This document shows positions 48,676 to 57,644 of a stretch of DNA of 64,000 bases, piece after piece (within the stretch, counting starts at the first letter, position 1; every line of letters starts with the position of its first letter). The stretch is from assembly GCA_040772485.1 (NCBI GenBank), contig JAXGYC010000007.1, positions 192,001 to 256,000 on the forward strand. The letters are read 5' to 3'. The position numbers and the translations under genes are program-made. This DNA is from Sedimentisphaerales bacterium (GTDB lineage: Bacteria > Planctomycetota > Phycisphaerae > Sedimentisphaerales > Anaerobacaceae). The notes beneath the pieces are model-generated. The model did not search any database. It was not told the origin of the DNA and saw only the letters and a list, made by a program, of their open reading frames with translations.

Positions 48676-50817
48676 TCAGAAGTCGCACAGGCCACAGATG
48701 CAGCCGCCGGAGTAGTCGTCCTCGACCGACACGAGATCGCTCCGCTGACGAATCTCGTCTTCCATCGAGAGAACCTGCTCGGGCTTCGAGCCATAGCGGT
48801 AGATCGTGATGCCTTTGCAGCGGAGTCGATGAGCGGTCAGGTAGATATCACGAACGTCCTCCACGGTCGCGCCAGCGGGAAGATTGATGGTCTTCGAAAC
48901 GGCGTTGTCGGTGTATCGCTGAAACGCCGCCTGAATCTCAAGGTGCTGGCGCGCCGGGATGTCGAACGTCGTGACGAAGAGCTTCTTCACATCCGGCGGC
49001 ACGCCCTTGACGTTCTTCAGGGAGCCGCGTGTTGCCATCTCCGCCAGCATGTCGCGTCGGTAGAAACCGCGATCGTGGGCGACTTTCTCAAACCACGGAT
49101 TGGTTTCGAAGAGGCGCGTTCCGGACAGGACGTTGCGGACGAAGCTGATCGCGAACAGCGGCTCGATGCCGCTGGAGCAGCCGGCGATGATGCTGATCGT
49201 CCCCGTCGGCGCAATCGTGTTGACCGTGGCATTGCGAAGTTTGTGATTCCTTTGGGCATGGATCGATTTCCGGAAACTCGGAAACGGCCCCCGGACGCGC
49301 GCCAGTTGCTCCGAAGCGACGAGCGATTCGGCATGAATGAACCGCATGAGCCTGCGTGCAAACGTGACGGCCTGCGGCGAGTCGTAGGCAATGCCCAGTC
49401 GAATCAGAAGGTCGGCAAATCCCATCACGCCCAGACCGATCTTCCGGTTCGCTCTCGTTACATTCGCAATCGACTCCAAAGGAAAGCGATTGACGTCGAT
49501 TACATCATCGAGAAACCGCACGCCCCAGTGGACCCGGTCTCGCAGCTTGTCCCAATCGACCCTCGCGCCGGCGCCCTTGCTGCCCCGGCTCTCGACAACC
49601 ATCCGGGCCAGGTTGATCGAGCCAAGGATGCAACTCTCGAAAGGCAGCAGAGGCACCTCGCCGCAGGGGTTCGTCGCTTCGATCCGGCCCTGCCCCGGCG
49701 TGGGATTGGCCCGGTTGATGTGGTCGAGAAAGACCAGACCCGGATCCCCCGTCCGCCAGGCCGCGTTGACCATCATGTCAAACAGGACTTCCGCTCGGAT
49801 CTGTCTTGAACCCCGGCCGGTCCTGGGATTGACCAACGCAAAGGTCCGTCCGTTCACCACGGCCCGCATGAACCGGTCGGTGACACTGACCGACAGATTG
49901 AAGTTCGCCAGCACGCCCGCGCGGCTTTTCGCCTCGATGAACTCCACGATGTCCGGATGGTCACACCGCAGGATGCCCATGTTGGCGCCGCGTCGCTTGC
50001 CGCCCTGGACGATGATCTCGGTCGCCTTGTCGAAGATACTCAGAAACGAGATGGGGCCGGACGCATGTCCCTGCGTCGAAGCGACCACGTCGCCGCGAGG
50101 ACGAAGCCGCGAGAAGGCGAATCCGGTGCCGCCTCCGGTCTGGTGGATGCGGGCCATCTCTCCCAGTGCCCGGAAGATCCCCTCGATCGAGTCTTCGATG
50201 GGGATGACAAAGCAGGCGGAGAGCTGCCCCAGACGCGTGCCGGCGTTCATCAAAGTCGGCGAGTTGGGCAGGAACTCCAGGTTTCGCATCATCTCGTAGA
50301 ACTGCTGCTCCGCCTCGTCGACGACCGATGGCGGTCCGTAGTTCGCCTCCGCCTGGGCCACGTGATGAGCCACCCGGCGGAACAGCTCGCTGGGCGTCTC
50401 AACGATGCGGCGCGTTTCATCCCTGAGCAAGTACCTTCTCTTGAGCACCTCGATAGCGTTGACGGACAGCTTGAGGTCGTCCCTGGAGCCAAAGGCCGCT
50501 TTGGCCAGGCGGATTTGCGAACGGTTCTCCCGGTACAGAATGTAGGCCTTGGCGATGCGGCTGTGGCCCTCGCTCATCAGGACCGTCTCAACAATATCCT
50601 GGATGGTCTCAATACGGGGAACGCCCCTGGCAGACCGCTGAGCCAGGTGATCGACAACGACCTGGGTTGCCTGTGCCGCAACATCGTCCGCGCGCTTCTG
50701 GTCTTGGAGGACCTCCAGGGATGCGCGTCGGATGGCATCCCGGATCTTGGACGCATCGAACGCCACCACGCGGCCGTCCCGTTTCTCTACGCCTTTGGGA
50801 AAATCAGTGTGGGCCAT
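48676..50817 (-). CDS. nrdJ: Adenosylcobalamin-dependent (class II) ribonucleotide reductase with ATP cone
   Basis: V.KRDG..V.FD..KI ATP cone, PNSPTLMNAG, LSACFV, RRGANMG, TNPCGE, CILGSINL, IAPTGTIS, SKTIN, C-terminal C..G.C.F. Confidence 0.92.
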   Translation of the reverse strand: MAHTDFPKGVEKRDGRVVAFDASKIRDAIRRASLEVLQDQKRADDVAAQATQVVVDHLAQRSARGVPRIETIQDIVETVLMSEGHSRIAKAYILYRENRSQIRLAKAAFGSRDDLKLSVNAIEVLKRRYLLRDETRRIVETPSELFRRVAHHVAQAEANYGPPSVVDEAEQQFYEMMRNLEFLPNSPTLMNAGTRLGQLSACFVIPIEDSIEGIFRALGEMARIHQTGGGTGFAFSRLRPRGDVVASTQGHASGPISFLSIFDKATEIIVQGGKRRGANMGILRCDHPDIVEFIEAKSRAGVLANFNLSVSVTDRFMRAVVNGRTFALVNPRTGRGSRQIRAEVLFDMMVNAAWRTGDPGLVFLDHINRANPTPGQGRIEATNPCGEVPLLPFESCILGSINLARMVVESRGSKGAGARVDWDKLRDRVHWGVRFLDDVIDVNRFPLESIANVTRANRKIGLGVMGFADLLIRLGIAYDSPQAVTFARRLMRFIHAESLVASEQLARVRGPFPSFRKSIHAQRNHKLRNATVNTIAPTGTISIIAGCSSGIEPLFAISFVRNVLSGTRLFETNPWFEKVAHDRGFYRRDMLAEMATRGSLKNVKGVPPDVKKLFVTTFDIPARQHLEIQAAFQRYTDNAVSKTINLPAGATVEDVRDIYLTAHRLRCKGITIYRYGSKPEQVLSMEDEIRQRSDLVSVEDDYSGGCICGLCDF

Positions 50818-51088
50818 TGTCCGAATCCTCTACTCTCGTAAGCGGCGCCCATCGCTCGCCAACAGTCCGTGCCTGCCATCCACCATACGCATCCCCGCCC
50901 GCGTCAACCATCCGTTTTTGCGGTTTTCTGCCGTCGGCCGGCCCGAACGACGGATTTCTGTCAAGATTCTTGACCCAAAGTACGATCTAAGATTATAAGC
51001 TCTCGCGCCCGGTTTCTCTATCGGATTGCGGATGGGCACCCGGGCACTGTAACAGAGTCCCATAATCTTGAAATGAAGGAGAGTCAGA

Positions 51089-51856
51089 GTGAATCCCTTG
51101 AAAGCACTTGGGCTCGTTGCGCTTTTGTTTGTCATCGGCTCGATCGCGGGATGCTTCTCTTCGAATCCCGATGATATCCGCGCCTTCGTCAAGCCCTACG
51201 AGGTTGACGTGACGGCGGAGAACTATGTCTTCGAACCGCCGGATGAGGTGGAGATTCATTGCCCGGATATCCCGCCGCTCGACATGCAGCGCCAACGCAT
51301 TCGTCCCGACGGCAAGATCAGCTTCAAAGAGCTGGGCGAGATCGAGGTGGCCGGCAAGACTCCCAAAGAGGTATCCGCTCTGATCGAGGGCATGGTTACC
51401 GAGCTGTATGCGCTGCCGGGCGACAACCGCATCGATGTCCGCGTGGCCGCCTTCACCAGCAAAGTCTACTACGTCGTCGGACAAGTGATGCGTCCAGGCC
51501 CCCGCAACTACACCGGACGGGACAACCTCGTGACCGCCCTGGCCGACGCTCAACCCAATTCCATGGCCTGGGAGAAGCGGATTCAGGTCATCCGCCCATC
51601 GGCAACCGAGGCCGAGAGGCCGATGATCTTCGAGATCGACTACATCAGGGTCATCAAGGAGGGCGACACCACGAACAACGTACTCCTGGAAGAAGGCGAC
51701 ATCGTATACGTGCCGCCGACCATCCTGGCCTCCTTCGGCCTGCTCCTCGAAGAGTTCATCAGCCCGATCGCGAGAGCCTTCTACGGCGCATATCTCATCC
51801 AGAATCCGCCTTCCGGCGGCGGCGAGTACAGCCCCTACGGTGGCAGCCGGTATTGA
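51089..51856 (+). CDS. Polysaccharide export lipoprotein (Wza/Poly_export-SLBB)
   Basis: Lipobox IAGC, Y...PPDE..I, IRPDGKISF..LGEI.VAGKT, YVVGQV.RPG, L..GDIVYVP. Confidence 0.88.
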   Translation: MNPLKALGLVALLFVIGSIAGCFSSNPDDIRAFVKPYEVDVTAENYVFEPPDEVEIHCPDIPPLDMQRQRIRPDGKISFKELGEIEVAGKTPKEVSALIEGMVTELYALPGDNRIDVRVAAFTSKVYYVVGQVMRPGPRNYTGRDNLVTALADAQPNSMAWEKRIQVIRPSATEAERPMIFEIDYIRVIKEGDTTNNVLLEEGDIVYVPPTILASFGLLLEEFISPIARAFYGAYLIQNPPSGGGEYSPYGGSRY

Positions 51857-51881
51857 CGGCGCATCGCGGGAAGACGAACGT

Positions 51882-52694
51882 ATGACCGCACGACGCCTGC
51901 TGAAACTGACGCACTTGGTCAGCATGATCTGGTTCATGCTCTGCGTGGGCTACATCGTCGTGCGGGCACTCCACGAGGCGGGGTTCAACTGGTTGCTCAT
52001 CTTCTCGCTTTCAGGCCACTCCGCGCTGGCGGTCTTTCTGCTGGTCAGCCTCTATCTGTTCGCTCTGTTTCGCGGCGTCGGCGGGACGCAGCATATCGCG
52101 CTGGAACACCCTCTGACGAGCACTCACTACTATATGGGCCTCTACGTAGCGGCCCCTCTTCTCGGAGGCTTGGCCGGCGTTCTGGGCATGTGGGGCGTTC
52201 AGGATATCGGCCGCTTCCTGGTGGGACTGGCGTTGGGGACTTTGTGCACGACGTTTGCGGTCTGGGTGATCATCGATCCGGCCGCTGGTTTGATCGAGAT
52301 GCTGCTGCCGACCAGCCGAAAGCATCGAGCCGAACGATTGGCCCGGGTCGAGGCCGATCGGCGTGCCCGTCGCGAGCGACGCGAACGCGTCCTGGCCGAA
52401 GCCTTCGCCCGCGAAACGCAGGAGCGACAACGATGGCAAGAGCGGCTCCAGCCACACGCCGAGCGTCTGGCCGTGCTCTTGACCGCCGACGCCTCCGGCT
52501 TCCAGAAAGCCGAGCAGGAGGCGGTGGACATCGGCGCCAAAGCCTGGCGGTTGGGTGGCCTGATGTGTATGCGCCAACTCCGCGATATGGCAATGGATAT
52601 CTGCAAGAACCAGCGCGGTCAGGCCAAGGCCGTCGACTACGTGTCCTACTGGTGGGACGGCATCGGGGATTGGCGAAGACCCTCGCTGGGATGA
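51882..52694 (+). CDS. Hypothetical membrane protein (about 4 TM plus coiled coil)
   Basis: Hydrophobic N-terminal half, EHPLT motif, charged helix, C-terminal WWDGIG.W. Confidence 0.7.
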   Translation: MTARRLLKLTHLVSMIWFMLCVGYIVVRALHEAGFNWLLIFSLSGHSALAVFLLVSLYLFALFRGVGGTQHIALEHPLTSTHYYMGLYVAAPLLGGLAGVLGMWGVQDIGRFLVGLALGTLCTTFAVWVIIDPAAGLIEMLLPTSRKHRAERLARVEADRRARRERRERVLAEAFARETQERQRWQERLQPHAERLAVLLTADASGFQKAEQEAVDIGAKAWRLGGLMCMRQLRDMAMDICKNQRGQAKAVDYVSYWWDGIGDWRRPSLG

Positions 52695-52804
52695 GCCGTG
52701 CCTCCACCTGCGCCACCACGTCCGCTCGCGGCAGCAAACAGATGCCGAAAACCGCCTTTCCTGGTTCCAAACCGCGCGGGTAGGCAGGTCAAAGCAGGCT
52801 TCGA

Positions 52805-53521
52805 TCACCCCGCCGAACGAAAGCCCGGGCGCCTTCGGAACCACCCGAGAATTCCCAGGCCTGCAGCCCCCAGTGCAACCGCGCCGGGAGCGGGAACCAG
52901 CAGAACGAGCATGTCCTGATCGTCCGCAGGCGGCTCATCGTCTGCAAGCAGCGACAGATTCAGAACCCGAACGTCCCCAATCGCATTCCATCCGGGATCC
53001 TCCGCCTCTGCAACGAACGCATTTGCCCAAGCGTATTCGAGCGAACGGCTGTTCGCGGGATACCACTGCGGATCGGCGCTCAGAGTATCCAGAAGGCTTT
53101 CGCTCACGCCCTGCACGGACGGCACTGCGGCCCGGAGCACACGAGCCGGCGTCTGGCGCCCCAAGCCCGGCGCGTGATCGTAGTCGGTAACCGGTGTCCC
53201 ACCGACAAACGAGTGGTAGAGATACGTCGCCTCAGGCGTCAGCGCACCGCCGCCCTGCACTACGCGGTCATAAAGCGTCCCCCCATAGGTCTTGGCAGGC
53301 ACAGATTCGATTCCTGCGCCCGACCCGGCACGAGAGGACTGAAAGGGACTCTCCAGAGCCAAGCCGGGCACCGGATCCCCCTGCAGCGCGAGTTGATACT
53401 CGCCTGCCCAGTCCGGTCGATAAGAGGTGCCGTCGGCCCGCCCGACGGTAACCGTCTGGACCGCCACCGCAGGGCCTGTCAGAGCCAACAGGCCGAGCGT
53501 TGACACAACAAACCGCCTCAT
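52805..53521 (-). CDS. PEP-CTERM-type sorting domain protein (VPAPG variant)
   Basis: Signal peptide, C-terminal VPAPGAVALGAAGLGILGWFRRR, SD AAGGAG. Confidence 0.85.
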   Translation of the reverse strand: MRRFVVSTLGLLALTGPAVAVQTVTVGRADGTSYRPDWAGEYQLALQGDPVPGLALESPFQSSRAGSGAGIESVPAKTYGGTLYDRVVQGGGALTPEATYLYHSFVGGTPVTDYDHAPGLGRQTPARVLRAAVPSVQGVSESLLDTLSADPQWYPANSRSLEYAWANAFVAEAEDPGWNAIGDVRVLNLSLLADDEPPADDQDMLVLLVPAPGAVALGAAGLGILGWFRRRPGFRSAG

Positions 53522-53712
53522 CTTTTTCTCCTTGCGTCCTTGCCGGACCCCTTATCACCCGCCTGCAAAAAATGGAAACCGTCTCTATCTCATCACTTCC
53601 TGCCGAGCACCCTGGCGGCTCAAATCCCGACGGACTTGAGCGCCGCACGCACTTATCAGAGGAACTCCCGCCCGCACGCGGCATCGACGCGATGGCGAAA
53701 CCGCGCCGATCA

Positions 53713-54006
53713 CTACGCTGGAGCAGCCCAACAGTCCAACAGTCCGCCGGCCAGCCGCACCATCGGCGGTGTTTCCGCGGACCGGGCCACGACCAAACCA
53801 CCTGCGCACTCGGTGCGCCAATGGCCGCACGCGCTGATCCAGAACCTCACGGGGAAGGAATGCAGAAAAACCGCGTCGTCCAGACGAGACAATCCGACAA
53901 CACACTCGCGCCCGCTCTCGACGACCACGGCGTACCCCAAGGCGCCCAGAAAGGCTCCGCCCGCCAACAGAGTGCGCAGGATCCTATGGTCCCTGCCCCA
54001 GAACAT
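53713..54006 (-). CDS. Possible small hydrophobic ORF (97 aa) upstream of a PEP-CTERM gene
   Basis: TAAGGAG 7 nt before ATG, hydrophobic N-terminus, TTGACG upstream (54130-35). No recognisable domain. Confidence 0.35.
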   Translation of the reverse strand: MFWGRDHRILRTLLAGGAFLGALGYAVVVESGRECVVGLSRLDDAVFLHSFPVRFWISACGHWRTECAGGLVVARSAETPPMVRLAGGLLDCWAAPA

Positions 54007-54443
54007 CTCCCGTCTCCTTACGGTGTCGCGTCTTGTCGGAGTTATCGGACCTGCCGGTGACCAACCCAACTACACGTGGATATGGCCCTCGTCCAAACTC
54101 TCACGTTGTATAGTCGTGCGCTTCTGGGACGTCAAGGCAAAAGCCCAGAAAAACCATAATTCGTGTGTCGCGAGCACGGTTCTTCTCGGTCGTAGGCGGT
54201 CTGTGTTGTCACATCCTCGGCAGGCGCACGGAGGGGTGATGCGGTGTGGACCCGTCAACGCACAGAAAGCGCGTCCTGGCCATGATGAATCGGCCTTCCC
54301 GCGAGCTGAGAGACGCGCACGCGTCCGCAATGCGGGCCGTGTGTGCAGCCCGCTCTGTGCGGCATGGTCTGCACACCGCTCCATCGGCCTATCGCGGGGA
54401 CCGAAACCACACGGCGGTCTTCACCGGGCAAGACACTGAGACA

Positions 54444-55022
54444 TCAGCAAGTCCGCGTACGACGACGCCTCAATGCGAACAGCGCGCCGATGCCCAGCAG
54501 ACCGACGGTTGCCGGTTCCGGCACGACGTCGGTAGTGTAGTTGATGGTCAGAACGGAGCTGCCGAGAGTAACGCGGCTTCCGCCGTTTTCGGAGTCGATG
54601 TCCACGTAGATGGACAGCTCGCCGTCTTCCCAAAGATCATCCAGCACACCTGTCGGCAGAGCGAACGTCGATGTGCCCCACTGGCGTCCCCAGGTCTCGT
54701 CCAGCGTGCCGATGGCGACTCCGTTGGCATAGACCACGTCGATTTCCCCTTCGTAGTAATCGACGTCCCAGGCCGAGATGGAGAGGGTGGCCGACAGGAT
54801 GCCCTGTGCGCCGGCCGGGACGGTCGTCAGGTTGTGTGACCAGCCCCAGTCTTCCCATGAGCCGCGATAGTACGGCGTATGGTCGAAGATGACATCGGGG
54901 GGCGCGAAGTAGTACCCATCGTCCGAGTCCACCGTGTTAGTCACTGTGACCGTAGCCGCGTGAACGGCGCCGCACAGAAAAATGACGCAGACGACGCCCG
55001 CTGCAACTGCTGGCAGCCTCAT
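54444..55022 (-). CDS. PEP-CTERM sorting domain protein
   Basis: Signal peptide, C-terminal VPEPATVGLLGIGALFALRRRR. Confidence 0.9.
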   Translation of the reverse strand: MRLPAVAAGVVCVIFLCGAVHAATVTVTNTVDSDDGYYFAPPDVIFDHTPYYRGSWEDWGWSHNLTTVPAGAQGILSATLSISAWDVDYYEGEIDVVYANGVAIGTLDETWGRQWGTSTFALPTGVLDDLWEDGELSIYVDIDSENGGSRVTLGSSVLTINYTTDVVPEPATVGLLGIGALFALRRRRTRTC

Positions 55023-55317
55023 ACTCCTTCCTCCAGATTCTTCTCACTTTCTCTTCCATCGATTGACACTGGACACCTGCAACCACCGGCCGTGCGCCGT
55101 CTTCCTCCATGAGCGATTTCAGGTCCTGTGTCGGCCGGCAACGCAACCTGTGAAGTTGCCCTGCCTTGCACCGTGTCGAGAAATCCGGGAGGGACAACAA
55201 CGACCCCGATCTGGAACACGTCACCCCTGGACGCGGCGAATCTGGGTCCCCCACCACTTCTCAACGCTTCCCATTTTCTTCCATGGCGAGGCGATCGCCG
55301 CAGCGATCGGCCCCGTG

Positions 55318-55360
55318 AAAAGAGGCCCCGGAGTGAACCTCGGTTCCCTCCGGGGCCTTT
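55318..55360 (-). terminator. Intrinsic terminator downstream of the 55437-56141 gene
   Basis: AGGCCCCGGAG...CTCCGGGGCCT 11-bp stem with inner GAAC/GTTC, then CTTTT on the minus strand. Confidence 0.75.
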
Positions 55361-55436
55361 CATTCCATCACTTCACCGGTGTCCTGTGCCGATACCGTAT
55401 CCGCCACAGGTCACGCAGTCAGAGCAACCCTGACGA

Positions 55437-56141
55437 TCACAGGCTCTTGCGCTTCCGCAACCAGCCAACCAGGCCGGCGCCCAATGAGCTGAGCACGATC
55501 GCGCCGGGGGCCGGAATCGTCACCGGCTGTTCCGGCTCTTCGGGCTCCTCGGGGTCTTCCTGCTCCTGCACCTCTGCCGTGAAGGCATTCGCCGTCACAT
55601 TCACGCTGAGATACAGCCAGCCTTGATTGCCGCCACTCGTACTGATCTCGATGCTGGGAAGCGTCACCTGGATGACGTCATCCAGGAGGTCGCCGTGGTT
55701 GACGGCAAACGTGCTGCTCGCACTCACCGCCGGGTCAACGCCTTGCATTCTATCGAACCTGAGATCCATGTTGACCACGTAGTCGGCGCTGTCCCCGGTG
55801 AACTCGGTGAACAGATCCCTGGTGATGTCGAAGACCGCCGTGAAAACAGGATAGCCACTCACAGTCCCCGCGATATGCTGAATGTCCCACGCATGCGAAG
55901 CCGCCGCGCTGTCCGTTGCCCCTGCGTTTTCCGGGGCGACGGCGCTGGCGCCCGCATGGACCCAGTAGTTGCCGGTTGTGGCATCCGCACCCGACAGGGA
56001 CGTCTGCTCTTGCCCGAAGTCGAATTGACCGCCACTCCACGTGAGGTTGCCGGTGACCCCCACCGTCGAGGACGCCGCGTGGCTGGCCGATGCCGTCAGC
56101 AGCACCACAGCACACAATACCAATGCTTTTTTCACATTCAT
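55437..56141 (-). CDS. PEP-CTERM-type sorting domain protein (IPAPG variant)
   Basis: SD TAAGGAGG, signal peptide, acidic PEE linker, IPAPGAIVLSSLGAGLVGWLRKRK. Confidence 0.9.
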   Translation of the reverse strand: MNVKKALVLCAVVLLTASASHAASSTVGVTGNLTWSGGQFDFGQEQTSLSGADATTGNYWVHAGASAVAPENAGATDSAAASHAWDIQHIAGTVSGYPVFTAVFDITRDLFTEFTGDSADYVVNMDLRFDRMQGVDPAVSASSTFAVNHGDLLDDVIQVTLPSIEISTSGGNQGWLYLSVNVTANAFTAEVQEQEDPEEPEEPEQPVTIPAPGAIVLSSLGAGLVGWLRKRKSL

Positions 56142-56487
56142 ACCCTGATCTCCTCCTTACTCTCTCTTGTCCGGCCGTCACACGAAATCGACGGCCTCTT
56201 GCGTCACGCCTGATTCTGCCTCACTCCGTTGCCACCATCTCCTTCATCGCAAGCGAACGCAGGTTCCCTCCGCTCGCGGTACCCATGCTCCCCATCGAGA
56301 GCAGAGAACGTCATGGACGATTTCTTGATCCGAAGGCCTTGCGCGCACCGGCCCTCGCCACCAACAAACTCGCCGCAACGTCCTTTCAAAGAGCATGCGG
56401 ACGCCCCGCGGACAGCTCCGCACCACATGGCCGCAACAAGCCGATGATACTCCGATCACCCGCTCGATCCGGCACTCCACGATCCCT

Positions 56488-56763
56488 CTAACCGCGGCAG
56501 CAGGACACCAGTGGCTGGCGCGATATCTCATCGTGCCTGGCGTTTCTGCTCTGGATCGTTACACGAAAACCAGAAACACAGGTCGGAATTTGCGAAATAG
56601 ACATCGGCACGAATGCGGGGATCGGTTCGGTCGAAACTGCCCGAACGACAGGACATGGCGCCAGCACACCGCCAGCCCACGGACGGGCCGCACGGAGACT
56701 CTCCGTTCCCGTCACCGGCAGCAGCAACGCCGACACCAGCCATCGTTTTGACTTCCGGAACAC
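56488..56763 (-). CDS. Possible small ORF (91 aa) or gene remnant upstream of a PEP-CTERM gene
   Basis: GAGGAGGAG before GTG, signal-like start MFRKSKRWLVSALLLP, downstream of a strong promoter. Confidence 0.3.
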   Translation of the reverse strand: MFRKSKRWLVSALLLPVTGTESLRAARPWAGGVLAPCPVVRAVSTEPIPAFVPMSISQIPTCVSGFRVTIQSRNARHDEISRQPLVSCCRG

Positions 56764-56911
56764 CGCTCCTCCTCTCTGACGGCACTACGCAGCAGCGACA
56801 CATGTTGCTCGCTGCGCACCGTCAGAGAAAGTGCCCTCTCTCCAAGCGTCTATCCATGACGTGACGAAAACGCGGTACACACCCCCTCCGATGAGGCGTA
56901 CATACTCTGGT

Positions 56912-56940
56912 ATTCTACCGTTTCAGGCCATACCTGTCAA
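56912..56940 (-). promoter_or_regulatory. Near-consensus sigma70 promoter facing the PEP-CTERM genes
   Basis: Minus strand TTGACA-N17-TAGAAT. Confidence 0.75.
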
Positions 56941-57103
56941 AGCAATTTGCACGAAAAAAGACCAGATATTCGCTTCGACCGAGACCACTGAGGATGTCCC
57001 GCCGCCTGCGGGCCGGGAACCGATCTGGACCGTGGCGCCGCCATGTGCCCTTCGCACGCGACCGGCGGCATCGCGCAGAGGGTGAATTCTCGTGACACTG
57101 CCA

Positions 57104-57133
57104 TACCACTTAGGAGCTACTCATTTAGTGGTA
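57104..57133. promoter_or_regulatory. NarL/LuxR-type 7-2-7 inverted heptamer site(s)
   Basis: TACTCAT-TT-AGTGGTA (57118-33), overlapping the weaker TACCACT-TA-GGAGCTA (57104-19). Confidence 0.55.
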
Positions 57134-57293
57134 GACGATCTCCAAAAAATAAGTGAACGGACACCAGCGTCCGGTCGTTTCCGTTGGCCCATGAAACACC
57201 CACGGAACCGAACCGTGATTCGGTCAAGCGGAAGCATCCTGATATGTGGTTTTGGAGATGCTGAGCCTGGATCACGGGCCGCAGGGGCCCGGC

Positions 57294-57644
57294 TCAGTCG
57301 AGGGATTGCGTGGAGGGCAGAGGGCTCTGGAGCCCGGCAGGACTGCTGGCCTCGTTGACAAACCGCAGAAGCATCGCGATCTTGCTCTTGACCTTCACCT
57401 TGCGGTAGATGTTCCTGACGTGTGTCTTGACCGTCCCCGGGCGGATCCGCAGATCGCGTGCGATGCGGTCGTTTCGGAACCCCCGGCACACCAGTTCCGC
57501 GATCTGCAATTCCCGAGGAGTCAGCTCGTACCGCCTGCGCACATACGACCACTGTCGGCTGTCCAGAAGCACGGGGCGAACCTCCGGGCCGGCACGGTCG
57601 GGCCCCCGGCAATCGCCCTCTGTTGTTTCATGTGGCGGGGACAT
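57294..57644 (-). CDS. Stand-alone LuxR-type HTH regulator
   Basis: LTPRELQIAELVCRG..N..IA..L.I...TVKTHVRNIYRK, no receiver domain. TAATG overlap with the TPR gene stop. Confidence 0.9.
   Translation of the reverse strand: MSPPHETTEGDCRGPDRAGPEVRPVLLDSRQWSYVRRRYELTPRELQIAELVCRGFRNDRIARDLRIRPGTVKTHVRNIYRKVKVKSKIAMLLRFVNEASSPAGLQSPLPSTQSLD

Noticed and set aside
50818..51088. NrdR box or cobalamin riboswitch upstream of nrdJ
   Set aside because: No convincing match to either consensus.
55023..56480. c-di-GMP or other known riboswitch in the PEP-CTERM leaders
   Set aside because: Only generic hairpins; no recognisable aptamer consensus.
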